Shown: positions 21,872 to 30,941 of the stretch, piece by piece | How positions within the stretch are numbered: position 1 is the first letter of the stretch | Layout of the letters: every line of letters starts with the position of its first letter | Source: an uncultured delta proteobacterium | Lineage (GTDB): Bacteria; Myxococcota; Myxococcia; Myxococcales; Myxococcaceae | Reading direction: 5' to 3' | Assembly (NCBI GenBank): GCA_963776345.1 | Contig: CAVZMH010000016.1 | Span: 608,001-672,000, forward strand | Length of the DNA stretch: 64,000 nucleotides | The notes under the pieces: generated by a model | What the model was told of the DNA's origin: nothing | Databases searched by the model: none | What the model saw: only the letters and a program-made list of their open reading frames with translations | Position numbers and translations under genes: made by a program

Positions 21872-23125
21872 GTGACGACCGACGCCCCCTCAGCCCTCCT
21901 CGCCGGGTTCGATCTGTGGCCAGGGTCGTCGGCATGGTCTCGACGCATGACGGAGGGGGTGCGGGCGAGCGCGAGCCGCCACCGGGTGCTCACCCTGTCG
22001 TTGCGCGGGCCGGCGCTGGCCCATACCGAGTCGCTGCTCGGCGCCCGCGCGCTCCGGGTGCCTCCCGGGGCTGGCAGCCTCCCTGAGCAGGTGGAGGCGT
22101 TCGGCCGCGCGGTGCACCGGCAGCTCGACTCCGAGGCGCACGCGCTGGTCCACACCGCGGATCCGCTGGTGGGCGCCGCAGTCCTCGCCCATCCACGGCG
22201 GCCGGTGCTCCTCTACGAGGCGCGCCGTCTGCCCTCGTCCGAGCTGCCGATGCTCCTGGGGCGGGGAGGCGAAGGAGCGGCGCTCGCGCAGGCGCTCCGC
22301 CGGTCCGAGCGGCTCTGCCTGCGCGAGGCCGACGCCGTCATCGTCACCACCCGCGCCCGGGCGGAGGAGGTGCGCTCCGCAGGATGCCGCGGGCCGGTGC
22401 ACCTGGTCCCGGACGGGATCGAGCCGGGCGAGCCGGTGTCCCGGCCTCCCGGAGCGTTGCGCATCCGACACGTCGGCTGGGAGCTGTCGAGCGGCGCGCT
22501 CCGCGTGCTCCTCGAGGCGGTGCGCGTGCTCGGGCGGGCCGGCCGGCTTCACCTCGTCCAGCCGCCGGGCAGGGCGTGGGACGGGGCGCTCCAGCGCGAG
22601 GTGAGCGCGGCGGCGCGGCACGGCGCGCTGACCTCCGGGCCTCCCGGCGCGGTCTCCGAGGCCTGGGCGGACGTGGAGGTGCTCTCCGGCGTGGGCCCGG
22701 ACGCCCGCGCGCCGGCGGCGCTGGCCGATGCGCTCGAGGCCTACGCCCGCGGGCGCACGGTGCTGGCGGCGGACTCGGAGGCGGCACGGGCGGACCTCCC
22801 GGCGGGCTGCACCGTCTTCTTCCCCGGACTGGACGGCTGCGCCCTGGGCGACGCGCTCCTGGCGCTCGCCTCGACTCCCGACCTCCTCCGGCGATCCGGG
22901 GAGGAGGCCCGCGCCTACGCGGAGCGCCGTCACGACGCCGCTCGGGTGCGCGGGCTCCTCCGTGACCTGTACCGGCAACACGGAGCGGCCCCGACGGCCC
23001 GGCGCGCTGGCTCCGGCGCACCCCTGCCCTCCTTCTCCCCCGTATGGAGCGGGTCCCTCCGGGCGCCGGACGGCCGGGCGCCGGAGGCCACCGACCCCGG
23101 CACGCCCTCGGGGAGCTTCGGGTAA
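21872..23125 (+). CDS. GT-B (GT4-like) glycosyltransferase-fold protein, degenerate
   Basis: ERLCLREADAVIVTT, VHLVPDGI, LEAYARGRTVLAAD; start uncertain. Confidence 0.6.
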   Translation: MTTDAPSALLAGFDLWPGSSAWSRRMTEGVRASASRHRVLTLSLRGPALAHTESLLGARALRVPPGAGSLPEQVEAFGRAVHRQLDSEAHALVHTADPLVGAAVLAHPRRPVLLYEARRLPSSELPMLLGRGGEGAALAQALRRSERLCLREADAVIVTTRARAEEVRSAGCRGPVHLVPDGIEPGEPVSRPPGALRIRHVGWELSSGALRVLLEAVRVLGRAGRLHLVQPPGRAWDGALQREVSAAARHGALTSGPPGAVSEAWADVEVLSGVGPDARAPAALADALEAYARGRTVLAADSEAARADLPAGCTVFFPGLDGCALGDALLALASTPDLLRRSGEEARAYAERRHDAARVRGLLRDLYRQHGAAPTARRAGSGAPLPSFSPVWSGSLRAPDGRAPEATDPGTPSGSFG

Positions 23126-23139
23126 ACTCGGTCCCCCCG

Positions 23140-26100
23140 ATGGATCGCCGCGTCCTCATCGTCGAGAGCCAGAACGAGTTCGCCCTGGGCATGGCATCCG
23201 TGCTCCGGTCGGCGGGCTTCCAGACCGCCACCGCCGAGAACGCCGCCGATGCACAGCGCGAGCTCGAGCTGCGCAGGCCGGACCTGGTCATCCTCCGCGC
23301 CGAGCTGCCGGATCAGTCCGGCTTCGTGCTCTGCGGTCAGATCAAGAAGGGCCGGTTCGGTCAGAATCTTCCCGTGCTGCTGCTCTCCTCGGACGTCGGC
23401 CAGGAGGGGCTGGCGCAGCACTCCCAGGGCCCCACCGCCGCGGACGGCTACCTCACCATCCCGTTCGAGATGGGCGAGCTGGCGCAGATGACGGTCGGCA
23501 TCCTCCCCGGGCCCCCGCCCGGCGACGACATGGACCGCTCGCTCGACGAGGCGCTCACCGGCGAGAGCCGGCCCACGCCCACCCGGGAGATGCCGGTGCC
23601 GCCGCCGCTCCGGGCCCCGCCGCCGGGGAGCCCGCCCAGGCTGCCACGGCGCGAGCGGCGGAGCGCCTTCACCGAGGAGGACCGGGCGTTCCTCGACCGG
23701 ACCTTCGCCTCCATCGCCGACCGGAAGGCGGAGCTGCTCGCCGAGTCGCAGAAACTTCGCCGGACGCCGCCGCGCCGCGAGTCCATGGGAACGCCGGAGG
23801 GGAAGATCCAGATCCTCCGCGACGAGCTGAAGCTTCGCGAGGCCCAGCTGGCCCGCATCTCGGAGATCTGGACCGTCCGCGAGCGCGAGCTGCTCAGCGT
23901 CGAGGACCGGCTGCACGAGAAGGACGTCGAGCTGCAGGGCCTGAAGATGCAGGTGGACGATCTGCTCCGCCGCTTCAACGAGGCCCAGGCGGCGATGCTC
24001 CAGAAGGAGCGGGAGCACGGCGCCACCGTCGACGACCTGCTGCTCCAGAGGTTCGCCACCGAGAAGGACCTCATCGAGGTGGTGGCCTCGAAGGAGAAGG
24101 ACCTCAACCACGCCCGCCGCGAGCTCTCGGCGCGCGAGGAGGAGCTCCAGGCGAAGGGCCAGGCGGTGGAGCGAGGGCTGGCCGAGGCCGAGCGGCTGGA
24201 GCGCGCGCTCGGGGTGGCCACGCTCGAGTTCGAGGTGAAGGAGCAGACGCTCTCCAGCGGGCTGGCCACCATGACCGGCCGGGCCGAGACCGCCGAGCGC
24301 GACCTGGCGGAGACCAGAGACGCACTGGAGCGCACCACCCAGGAGCGCGACGCCCACGACGCCGAGAACGCGCGCCGCATCGGCGAGCTGGAGAAGACGC
24401 TCGCCGACACCCGCGCCGAGCGCGAGTCGACGGTGCAGGCGCTCGAGGCCCGGGCGCAGAAGGGCGAGGGCCGGGCGGACAAGGCCGAAGCCGAGGTGCT
24501 CCGGCTGGTCCAGGAGCGCGAGCAGGCCGACGCCCGCGCCGCGGCGCAGGTGCAGGGGCTCGAGCAGCGCCTCTTCACCGCCGAGACGGCCGGCGAGAAC
24601 CTCAAGCTGGAGCTGGAGCACCTCGGCAAGCAGATGGCCGATCGGCTCGCCGAGCACGACGCCCGCGCCGCGGCGCTTGAGCGGGAGCTGGCCCAGGCCC
24701 ACGAGCTGCGCGAGGGCGTCGAGGCCGAGATGCACGCCCAGGTGCAGGCCAAGCTCGAGCGCATCGGCGAGCTGGAGGGCGAGCTCGAGTCCGTCCGCGC
24801 GCACCTGGAGGAGCGCGAGACGGAGCTGACCGGCCAGGTGCGGAGCCTGAGCACCAGGCTGGCCGAGACCACCGCGGCGCTCGAGGCCGAGCGCAGCGCC
24901 CGGACCCAGCTCGAGGCCGAGCGGACCAAGCTGAAGGCCGACCTCGGGCGCACAGAGGACGCGCTGGCCACCGCGCAGGAGCAGCTCGCGGAGCGCGCGC
25001 AGCAGGCGGAGGACTTCGTCCGGGAGCTGGAGGAGGCGGACGTCCATCTCCGGGAGGCCCGCGCCCGCGGGAGCGAGCTGGAGGCGAAGCTGGCCACGGC
25101 CGAGGCCGAGAAGCTGGCGCTCCAGGGCGAGCTCGGCGCCACCCAGCAGCTGCTCTCCGACAGCCAGGCCTCGCTCGACCGCGCGGAGCACCTGGTGGTG
25201 GACACCCGAGGCCAGCTCGAGGCGGCGACCGCCGAGCTGGCCCAGGAGCGCGGGCGACACGGGGCGACGCGCTCCGAGCTCGAGGCGACCGCCCAGGCCC
25301 GCGCCGCGCTCGACGCCGACCTGACCCGTCACCGGGACGAGCTGGCGGACCACGCCGAGCTGCTCTCGCTCACCAAGCAGGAGCTGGGCACCCGGGTCGC
25401 CGAGGTGACGCGCCTCTCGGGCCAGCTGGCCCAGACGGAGGATGCCCGGACCGACCTCGACGAGAAGCTGCGGCAACTTCAAGACTCGGCCGCGCGGCAG
25501 GAGGAGCTGCTGCGCGGGGACCTGGCCGGCCTCACCACCCAGCTGGACGAGGCCCGGGCGCGGCTGGCCGAGGCCAACGCGGAGCGCGCCCGCGAGCGGG
25601 AGGCTGCGGCCCGCGATGCGCAGGGCCGGGGCGAGCAGCTCAAACAGGCCGAGGCGCGGCTCAAGGAGTTCACCGACGCGGCGGGGCGCCGGCAGACCGA
25701 GCTGTCGCAGAAGCTGGCCATCGCCACCCGCGAGGCCCAGACGGTGAAGAGCGAGCTGGCGGCCCGCACCGACCAGCTCTCGGCGCAGCTCGCCCAGGCC
25801 CAGTCGGAGCGGGACACGGTGCGCAGCGAGCTCGGGGCGGAGCTCGAGACGCTCCGGGGCCACGCCGCCACGCTCGAGGCCGACCTGTCCAGCGAGCGAT
25901 CGGAAGCGGCGGGCCGCGAGCAGGCGCTGCTCGAGCGCGTCGAGGCTGCCGAGCACCAGGCCCAGGAGACGGCGGCCCAGCTCGGGGCGCAGGTGACGGC
26001 GCTCGAGGAGGCCCGGGGTCGGGGGGAGGCCGAGCTCGCCGCGGCGCTGGAGCGGGCCAACGCCCGCGAGGCGGAGGCGCGCACGGCCACGGCGGAGCGA

Positions 26101-26517
26101 GTCCGCATCGAGCGCGAGCTGGGCGGCAAGGTCCAGGCCGCCGAGGCGCGGGCCGCCGACGCCGCCGGTCGCCTGGCCGCCGCGGAGCGGGGGCGCAAGG
26201 AGATCGAGGCCCGGGTGCTGGCCGAGCGCGAGGAGCTGGTGGCCAAGCAGCGCGCCGAGCTGGAGCGCCGGGACGCCGCGAAGTCGCAGGAAGTGGCGCG
26301 GCTGCAGCAGTCGGTCCAGGAACGGGCCCGGGCGCTCAAGGTGGCCGAGCTGGAGCTGGCGCGGCTGAAGGCGCGCGCCGCGCCGGCCCCGTCGACGCCG
26401 TCCGGTCCGAACCCGGTGGTCCAGCGCCCTGCCCCGGCGGCTCCGCCCAAGCCCGCGCCGCCTACCGACGGCGACGAGGCGTGGCAGAAGCTCGTCGACG
26501 AGCTCGACAAGCCCTGA
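23140..26517 (+). CDS. aglZ: Adventurous gliding motility protein AglZ (pseudo-receiver plus long coiled coil)
   Basis: MDRRVLIVESQNEFAL...RRPDLVILRAELPDQSGFVLCGQIKKG matches recalled AglZ N-terminus; about 900 aa of heptads. Confidence 0.85.
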   Translation: MDRRVLIVESQNEFALGMASVLRSAGFQTATAENAADAQRELELRRPDLVILRAELPDQSGFVLCGQIKKGRFGQNLPVLLLSSDVGQEGLAQHSQGPTAADGYLTIPFEMGELAQMTVGILPGPPPGDDMDRSLDEALTGESRPTPTREMPVPPPLRAPPPGSPPRLPRRERRSAFTEEDRAFLDRTFASIADRKAELLAESQKLRRTPPRRESMGTPEGKIQILRDELKLREAQLARISEIWTVRERELLSVEDRLHEKDVELQGLKMQVDDLLRRFNEAQAAMLQKEREHGATVDDLLLQRFATEKDLIEVVASKEKDLNHARRELSAREEELQAKGQAVERGLAEAERLERALGVATLEFEVKEQTLSSGLATMTGRAETAERDLAETRDALERTTQERDAHDAENARRIGELEKTLADTRAERESTVQALEARAQKGEGRADKAEAEVLRLVQEREQADARAAAQVQGLEQRLFTAETAGENLKLELEHLGKQMADRLAEHDARAAALERELAQAHELREGVEAEMHAQVQAKLERIGELEGELESVRAHLEERETELTGQVRSLSTRLAETTAALEAERSARTQLEAERTKLKADLGRTEDALATAQEQLAERAQQAEDFVRELEEADVHLREARARGSELEAKLATAEAEKLALQGELGATQQLLSDSQASLDRAEHLVVDTRGQLEAATAELAQERGRHGATRSELEATAQARAALDADLTRHRDELADHAELLSLTKQELGTRVAEVTRLSGQLAQTEDARTDLDEKLRQLQDSAARQEELLRGDLAGLTTQLDEARARLAEANAERAREREAAARDAQGRGEQLKQAEARLKEFTDAAGRRQTELSQKLAIATREAQTVKSELAARTDQLSAQLAQAQSERDTVRSELGAELETLRGHAATLEADLSSERSEAAGREQALLERVEAAEHQAQETAAQLGAQVTALEEARGRGEAELAAALERANAREAEARTATAERVRIERELGGKVQAAEARAADAAGRLAAAERGRKEIEARVLAEREELVAKQRAELERRDAAKSQEVARLQQSVQERARALKVAELELARLKARAAPAPSTPSGPNPVVQRPAPAAPPKPAPPTDGDEAWQKLVDELDKP

Positions 26518-26609
26518 GCCCCGGGGGGTCTTGCCAGCCCCGCGGGGTCACCGGCGGCCCCCTCGGGAATCGACCCGCGGAAGGACTCCGCCGGTGACCG
26601 GCGCAAGCG

Positions 26610-26816
26610 CTACATCGCGGCGCGGGCCTCCCGCAGCACCTCGCGGAAGCTCAGACGAGACACCACCTGCCACACGCGAGGCGGCTCCCCCGTCGAGCTC
26701 CTCTCGGAGCTGACCCGGGCGCGCGCCCGGGCCAGGGCGCGCGCCAGCACCCACCCGGCCAGGAGGAGGATGCCGCCCGGGAGCAGCAGCGCCACCAGTC
26801 CCAGCCCCGTCTTCAC
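26610..26816 (-). CDS. Small hypothetical membrane protein
   Basis: GAGGAG RBS before GTG; hydrophobic LGLVALLLPGGILLLAGW. Confidence 0.5.
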   Translation of the reverse strand: MKTGLGLVALLLPGGILLLAGWVLARALARARARVSSERSSTGEPPRVWQVVSRLSFREVLREARAAM

Positions 26817-26961
26817 CCCACAGCTCCTCACGTTCACACCTCAGCGGGGGCCTCGGCCTGGCCCCTTCCGCCGTTGGTCATTGCACGCGCCGGACCACCA
26901 CCCGTGCCCGGCCGCTGGACCTCTGATATCCACGAGATGCGCGCCCGGCCGTGCGGCCGGC

Positions 26962-27942
26962 ATGAAACAGGGACGGCAACTCACCGTGGAAAATTCGGTC
27001 ACACCCTCGCCCTCCACCCCGGGGGTGCCACGAGGGTTCAGCTCCGTGACGGATGCGCTCGCCCGCCTCGAGGCGACCGGCTACCTGCCGTCGACCGAGG
27101 TCGCCACGGCCGCCTTCCTCGCCGACCGCCTGGAGAAGCCGGTGCTGGTGGAAGGGCCGGCCGGCGTGGGGAAGACCGAGCTCGCGCGCGCGATGGCGCA
27201 GGCCCTCGGCCGGCCCCTGTTCCGGCTCCAGTGCTACGAGGGGCTCGACGAGGCGAAGGCGCTCTACGAGTGGGAGTACGCCAAGCAGCTCCTGTACACG
27301 CAGATCCTCAAGGACAAGCTCGGCGAGGCGCTGGCCGGCGCCGCCACGCTCGCGGAGGCCGCGGACCGGATCGCCGCCGGCGACTCGGTGTTCTTCTCCG
27401 AGCGGTTCCTTCTCCCCCGCCCCGTGCTGCGGGCGCTGCTGTCGCCCGAGCCCGCGCTGCTCCTGGTGGACGAGATCGACAAGGCGGACCCGGAGTTCGA
27501 GGCGTTCCTCCTGGAGGTGCTGGCGGACGCCGCGGTGACCATCCCGGAGCTGGGCACCATCCGGGCGCGGTTCACGCCCCGGGCGGTGCTGACCTCCAAC
27601 GCCGCCCGTGAGCTGTCCGACGCCCTGAAGCGCCGGTGCCTCCACCTGCACATCGACTTCCCGGACCGGGAGCGCGAGCTGCGCATCGTCCGCAGCCGCG
27701 CCCCCGAGGTACCGCCGGCGCTCGCCGCCCAGGTGGTGGCGGCGGTGGAGCGCATCCGCCGGATCGAGCTGAAGAAGCCGCCGTCGATCAGCGAGACGCT
27801 GGACTGGGCCCGGAGCCTGGTCCTCCTCAACGCCGAGGCGCTCTCGCCCGAGCTGGTGGCCGCCACGCTCAACGTGCTCCTGAAATACACCGGGGACGTG
27901 GAGAAGGTGCGGACCCAGCTGGGGCAGATCGCCACGCCGTGA
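26962..27942 (+). CDS. MoxR-family AAA+ ATPase (CoxD-like)
   Basis: EGPAGVGKTELA, RLQCYEGLD, LVDEIDKAD, LTSN, LSDALKRRC. Confidence 0.88.
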   Translation: MKQGRQLTVENSVTPSPSTPGVPRGFSSVTDALARLEATGYLPSTEVATAAFLADRLEKPVLVEGPAGVGKTELARAMAQALGRPLFRLQCYEGLDEAKALYEWEYAKQLLYTQILKDKLGEALAGAATLAEAADRIAAGDSVFFSERFLLPRPVLRALLSPEPALLLVDEIDKADPEFEAFLLEVLADAAVTIPELGTIRARFTPRAVLTSNAARELSDALKRRCLHLHIDFPDRERELRIVRSRAPEVPPALAAQVVAAVERIRRIELKKPPSISETLDWARSLVLLNAEALSPELVAATLNVLLKYTGDVEKVRTQLGQIATP

Positions 27943-30941
27943 CCGCCGCGGGGCTTGGCACGCTCGAGCTGCCGGAGCGGACCACGCGGGAGCTCCAGGC
28001 GCTGGCGACCCGGCTCGGAGAGACGCGAACGGCCGCGCTGGTGGAGGCCATCCGCCGCTCGGGCGAGATCGAGCCCGTCGTCCTCGGGCTGCTCCGGATC
28101 CAGGAGGCGCTGCTCCGGGCGCCGGGGGCCGAGGTGCTCGCCACGCGGCTGGTGCTGGCGAGCGACTCGATGCAGCGGGTGTTGATGACGCGGCCGGGGC
28201 TCCTCCGCTGGGTGCACCGCAGCGCGAGCACCGGGGCCCCGCTCGAGGTCGACGCCCTGGAGGCGGCGCTGGGCGCCGTGCTGGCCCGCGCGGACGCCGC
28301 CGCGCCCGAGGAGCTGCACCGGAGGCTCCGCCGCTTCAAGTCGCGGCAGGCGCTCCGGCTGGCCGCGCGCGACGTGTGGCTGGGCGCCCCGATGGAGGCG
28401 CTGGGCCGCGAGCAGACGGCGCTCGCCGAGGCGCTGCTCCGGGCCGCGCTGCCCCGCCTGGAGACGGCGCTCCGGGCACGCTACGGGGCGCCGGTGCCCG
28501 AGGGGTTCGTGGTGCTGGGGCTCGGGAAGCTCGGCGGCGAGGACCTCAACTGGAGCTCGGACATCGACCTGGTCCTCGTCCACCGCGGCGACGGGACGAC
28601 GACCGGCGGCAGTGTCGGCGCCGTGCCCACGGTGACCTATTACACGCGGCTCGGCGAGGCGCTCGCCCGGGCGATGTCCATCGTCACCGAGGAAGGCTTC
28701 TGCTACCGCGTGGACCTGGACCTCCGGCCCCAGGGGCGCGCCGGAGCGGCGGTGTTCTCGCTCCCGGCGATGCTCCAGTACTACGAGCAGCAGGGCCGCA
28801 CCTGGGAGCGCGCGGCGTGGATCAAGGCCCGGCCGGTCGCCGGCGACCTCGCGCTCGGCCAGGAGCTGCTCGAGGAGCTGGGGCCGTTCGTCTGGCGGCG
28901 GACGCTCGACCTGGCGGCGGTGGAGGCGCTCCGGGATCTCAAGATGCAGATCGACCTGCGGAGCACCGCCCGCGAGAGCGACGTGAAGCTGGGGGCGGGC
29001 GGCATCCGTGAGGTGGAGTTCGTGGCCGCGGCCCTGCAGCTGCTCCACGGCGGACGCAACACCGCGCTCCGGGTGCGCTCCACCCAGCGCGCGCTCCGCC
29101 GCCTGGTGGAGGCGGGGCTGCTCTCCCAGGCCGACGCCGACCGGCTGCTCGAGGCGTACGCCTTCCTCAGGCGGGTGGAGAACCGGCTGCAGATGGTGGA
29201 CGAGCGGCAGACGCAGGCAGTGCCACCGCTGGGGCCGGAGCGGGAGCGGCTCGCGCACTCGCTCGGCTTCCAGGACGCGGCCGGGTTCGAGGCGGAGCTG
29301 GACCGGCACCGGAGGTACGTCGCCCAGGCGTTCCACGTCCTGCTCGGCCAGGAGGCCAGGGGTGAGCTCCCCCACGAGCCGGACCTCGTCCTGGCGCTCG
29401 ACGACGACCTGGACGACGCGGCCCGGGCCGAGGCGCTCGCCCGACGCGGGTTCGACGACGCCTCGGCCGCGCTGGCCTCGGTGCAGCGGCTCCGGCGCGT
29501 GCTCGGGGCGGCGCGGCTCGAGGAGGGCCCCGGCCCCTCCGGCATCGCGCTCCAGCTGGTCCAGGGCGCCGCGCGCAGCCCCGACCCGGACCAGGCGCTC
29601 TTCTACCTGGCGGAGTTCGCCTCCGCGCTCGCGGTGCCCGCGGGGTACCTGCGGCTCTTGCAGCAGCGTCCGGCGGTGGCGCGGCGGCTGCTCGACCTCT
29701 TCGGGCAGAGCACGTACCTGAGCGCCGAGCTGGTGAGGACGCCCGAGCTCCTCGACCAGCTGGTGTCCTGGGACGCCGAGGCGCTGCACAAGCCGCCGGA
29801 GCGCATCCGCGCCGAGCTCGACGGACGCGCAGCCCGGGCCACCGAGGACCCGGAGCAGCTGCTGGGCGCGCTGCGCCGCTTCAAGAACGAGGAGGTGCTC
29901 CGGGTGGGCCTGGGCGACATCGCCGGCGAGCTGGAGGTCCCGGAGGTGGCGCGGCAGCTCACCGCCCTGGCCGACGGGCTCCTGGACCACGCGGTGCTCC
30001 TCGCCGCCGAGCACGCCAGGGCGCGCTGGGGGCTCCCCCGCATGCGCGATGGCCGGCGGGCGCCGCTGGCGGTGCTGGGGATGGGCAAGCTCGGCGGCCG
30101 GGAGCTCGGCTACCACTCGGACCTGGACCTCCTGTTCGTCTACGGCTCGAGCGCCGACGAGGAAACCACCGGCGGCACGCAGGGGCGCATCGGACACCAC
30201 GAGTACTTCGCCCGGATGGTGCAGCGGCTGCTCTCGCTGCTCACGCTCCAGTACCGGGAGGGGCGGCTGTACCAGGTGGACACGCGGCTCCGGCCCTCCG
30301 GGAACCAGGGGCCGCTGGTGGTGAGCGAGGAGGCGCTGCTCGAGCACCACGCGCGGCGGGCGCAGCTCTGGGAGCGGCAGGCGCTGGTGAAGGCGCGGGC
30401 GGTGGCCGGGGACGTGGCCTACGGCGGACGGCTCCTCGGCGCCGCGCTGGTGCCGCTGGTCTGGGAGCGCCCGCTGCCCGAGGGCGCGGCGGAGGAGATC
30501 CACCGGCTCCGGATGCGGATGGAGCGGGAGGTGGCGGGCGAGTCCAGCGACCGGCTCAACCCCAAGACCGGACAGGGGGGGCTGGTCGACGTGGAGTTCG
30601 CCACCCAGTACCTCCAGCTCCTGTACGGCGGGTCCCTGCCCTCGGTGCGCTGCCCGGGCACGCTGGAGGCGCTGGAGGCGCTGGTGGCGAGCGGGCGCAT
30701 CCGGCGGGAGGACGCCGCCGCGCTCCGCCAGGGATACCTCTTCCTGCGCCGGGTGGAGAACCGGCAGCGGCTGGTGCACGGACGGACGCTGCAGCACCTC
30801 CCCACCCGGGGACGGCCGCTGCTCCTGCTCGCCCGGCGGCTGGGCTACGGCGGTCCGGACGCGGGCGGGGCGTTCCTCTCGGAGTACCTCGCGGTGGCGG
30901 CGACGGTCCGGGCGGCCTACGTCCGTGTCCTCCAGCGGTGA
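27939..30941 (+). CDS. glnE: Glutamine synthetase adenylyltransferase/adenylyl-removing enzyme
   Basis: Two NTase domains (GKLGGEDLNWSSDIDL, GKLGGRELGYHSDLDL), RVDLDLRPQG, WERQALVKAR; GTG overlaps moxR stop. Confidence 0.93.
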   Translation: MTAAGLGTLELPERTTRELQALATRLGETRTAALVEAIRRSGEIEPVVLGLLRIQEALLRAPGAEVLATRLVLASDSMQRVLMTRPGLLRWVHRSASTGAPLEVDALEAALGAVLARADAAAPEELHRRLRRFKSRQALRLAARDVWLGAPMEALGREQTALAEALLRAALPRLETALRARYGAPVPEGFVVLGLGKLGGEDLNWSSDIDLVLVHRGDGTTTGGSVGAVPTVTYYTRLGEALARAMSIVTEEGFCYRVDLDLRPQGRAGAAVFSLPAMLQYYEQQGRTWERAAWIKARPVAGDLALGQELLEELGPFVWRRTLDLAAVEALRDLKMQIDLRSTARESDVKLGAGGIREVEFVAAALQLLHGGRNTALRVRSTQRALRRLVEAGLLSQADADRLLEAYAFLRRVENRLQMVDERQTQAVPPLGPERERLAHSLGFQDAAGFEAELDRHRRYVAQAFHVLLGQEARGELPHEPDLVLALDDDLDDAARAEALARRGFDDASAALASVQRLRRVLGAARLEEGPGPSGIALQLVQGAARSPDPDQALFYLAEFASALAVPAGYLRLLQQRPAVARRLLDLFGQSTYLSAELVRTPELLDQLVSWDAEALHKPPERIRAELDGRAARATEDPEQLLGALRRFKNEEVLRVGLGDIAGELEVPEVARQLTALADGLLDHAVLLAAEHARARWGLPRMRDGRRAPLAVLGMGKLGGRELGYHSDLDLLFVYGSSADEETTGGTQGRIGHHEYFARMVQRLLSLLTLQYREGRLYQVDTRLRPSGNQGPLVVSEEALLEHHARRAQLWERQALVKARAVAGDVAYGGRLLGAALVPLVWERPLPEGAAEEIHRLRMRMEREVAGESSDRLNPKTGQGGLVDVEFATQYLQLLYGGSLPSVRCPGTLEALEALVASGRIRREDAAALRQGYLFLRRVENRQRLVHGRTLQHLPTRGRPLLLLARRLGYGGPDAGGAFLSEYLAVAATVRAAYVRVLQR

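Noticed and set aside
23700..26400. SMC, tape-measure or DNA-level repeat
   Set aside because: No Walker motifs or phage context; explained by the AglZ coiled coil
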